From Chiloscyllium plagiosum (taxonomy: Eukaryota), in contig NC_057720.1 of NCBI RefSeq assembly GCF_004010195.1, forward strand, positions 22,530,665-22,576,198: 45,534 nt of DNA. The letters are read 5' to 3'. The notes below the pieces were generated by a model. It did not search any database. It worked only from the letters and a program-made list of their open reading frames with translations, and was not told the origin of the DNA. Shown in pieces: positions 45,335-45,534 of this stretch. The stretch's first letter is position 1. Each line of letters starts with the position of its first letter. The translations under genes and the position numbers were made by a program.

Positions 45335-45534
45335 AAAACAATGACTGCAGATGCTGGAAACCAGATTCTGGATTACTGGTGCTGGAAGAGCACAGCAGTT
45401 CAGGCAGCATCCAAGGAGCAGCGAAATCGACGTTTCAGGCAAAAGCCCTTCATCAGGAATAAAGGCAGTGAGCCTGAAGCATGGAGAGATAAGCTAGAGG
45501 AGGGTGGGGATGGGGAGAAAGTAGCATAGAGTAC
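45335..45534 (-). mobile_element. Penelope 3' end with hammerhead core, continuing past the window end
   Basis: Minus strand attc-CTGATGA-AGGGC-TTTT-GCCT-GAAAC-GTC-gatt (~45426-45460), then ggatgctgcctgaactgctg...ccagcatctgcagtc. Confidence 0.87.

Noticed and set aside
1..45534. Prokaryotic systems (CRISPR arrays, operons, retrons)
   Set aside because: There are no regularly spaced repeat-spacer arrays or operon-like ORF density. All RT and nuclease motifs belong to vertebrate retroelements.

Overview
Eukaryotic, repeat-rich, non-coding (intronic or intergenic) DNA from a cartilaginous fish. HE1-type V-SINEs, HER1/CR1 LINEs with (GTTCTAT)n tails, a Deu-domain SINE and shark-type Penelope elements point to a shark, probably a carpet or bamboo shark (inference). 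It is a draft scaffold with two N gaps (8480-9050, 35289-35661). I recognise no host protein-coding gene; the informative ORFs are transposon remnants. Main contents: (1) many CR1/HER1 LINE fragments, including a ~10 kb nested pile at 32.2-42.2 kb where a near full-length CR1 is split by a younger HER1; (2) about ten Penelope-like element (PLE) ends carrying minimal hammerhead-ribozyme cores, three or four of them as inverted (hairpin) insertions, several with 7-15 bp target-site duplications (TSDs); (3) decayed PIF/Harbinger Myb/SANT genes and TIR-bounded MITE-like elements; (4) a ~1.9 kb near-identical duplication flanking the first gap that looks like two haplotypes differing by a HER1 insertion. 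Family names come from recalled motifs, not database searches, and most repeat boundaries are approximate (about 10-30 bp).
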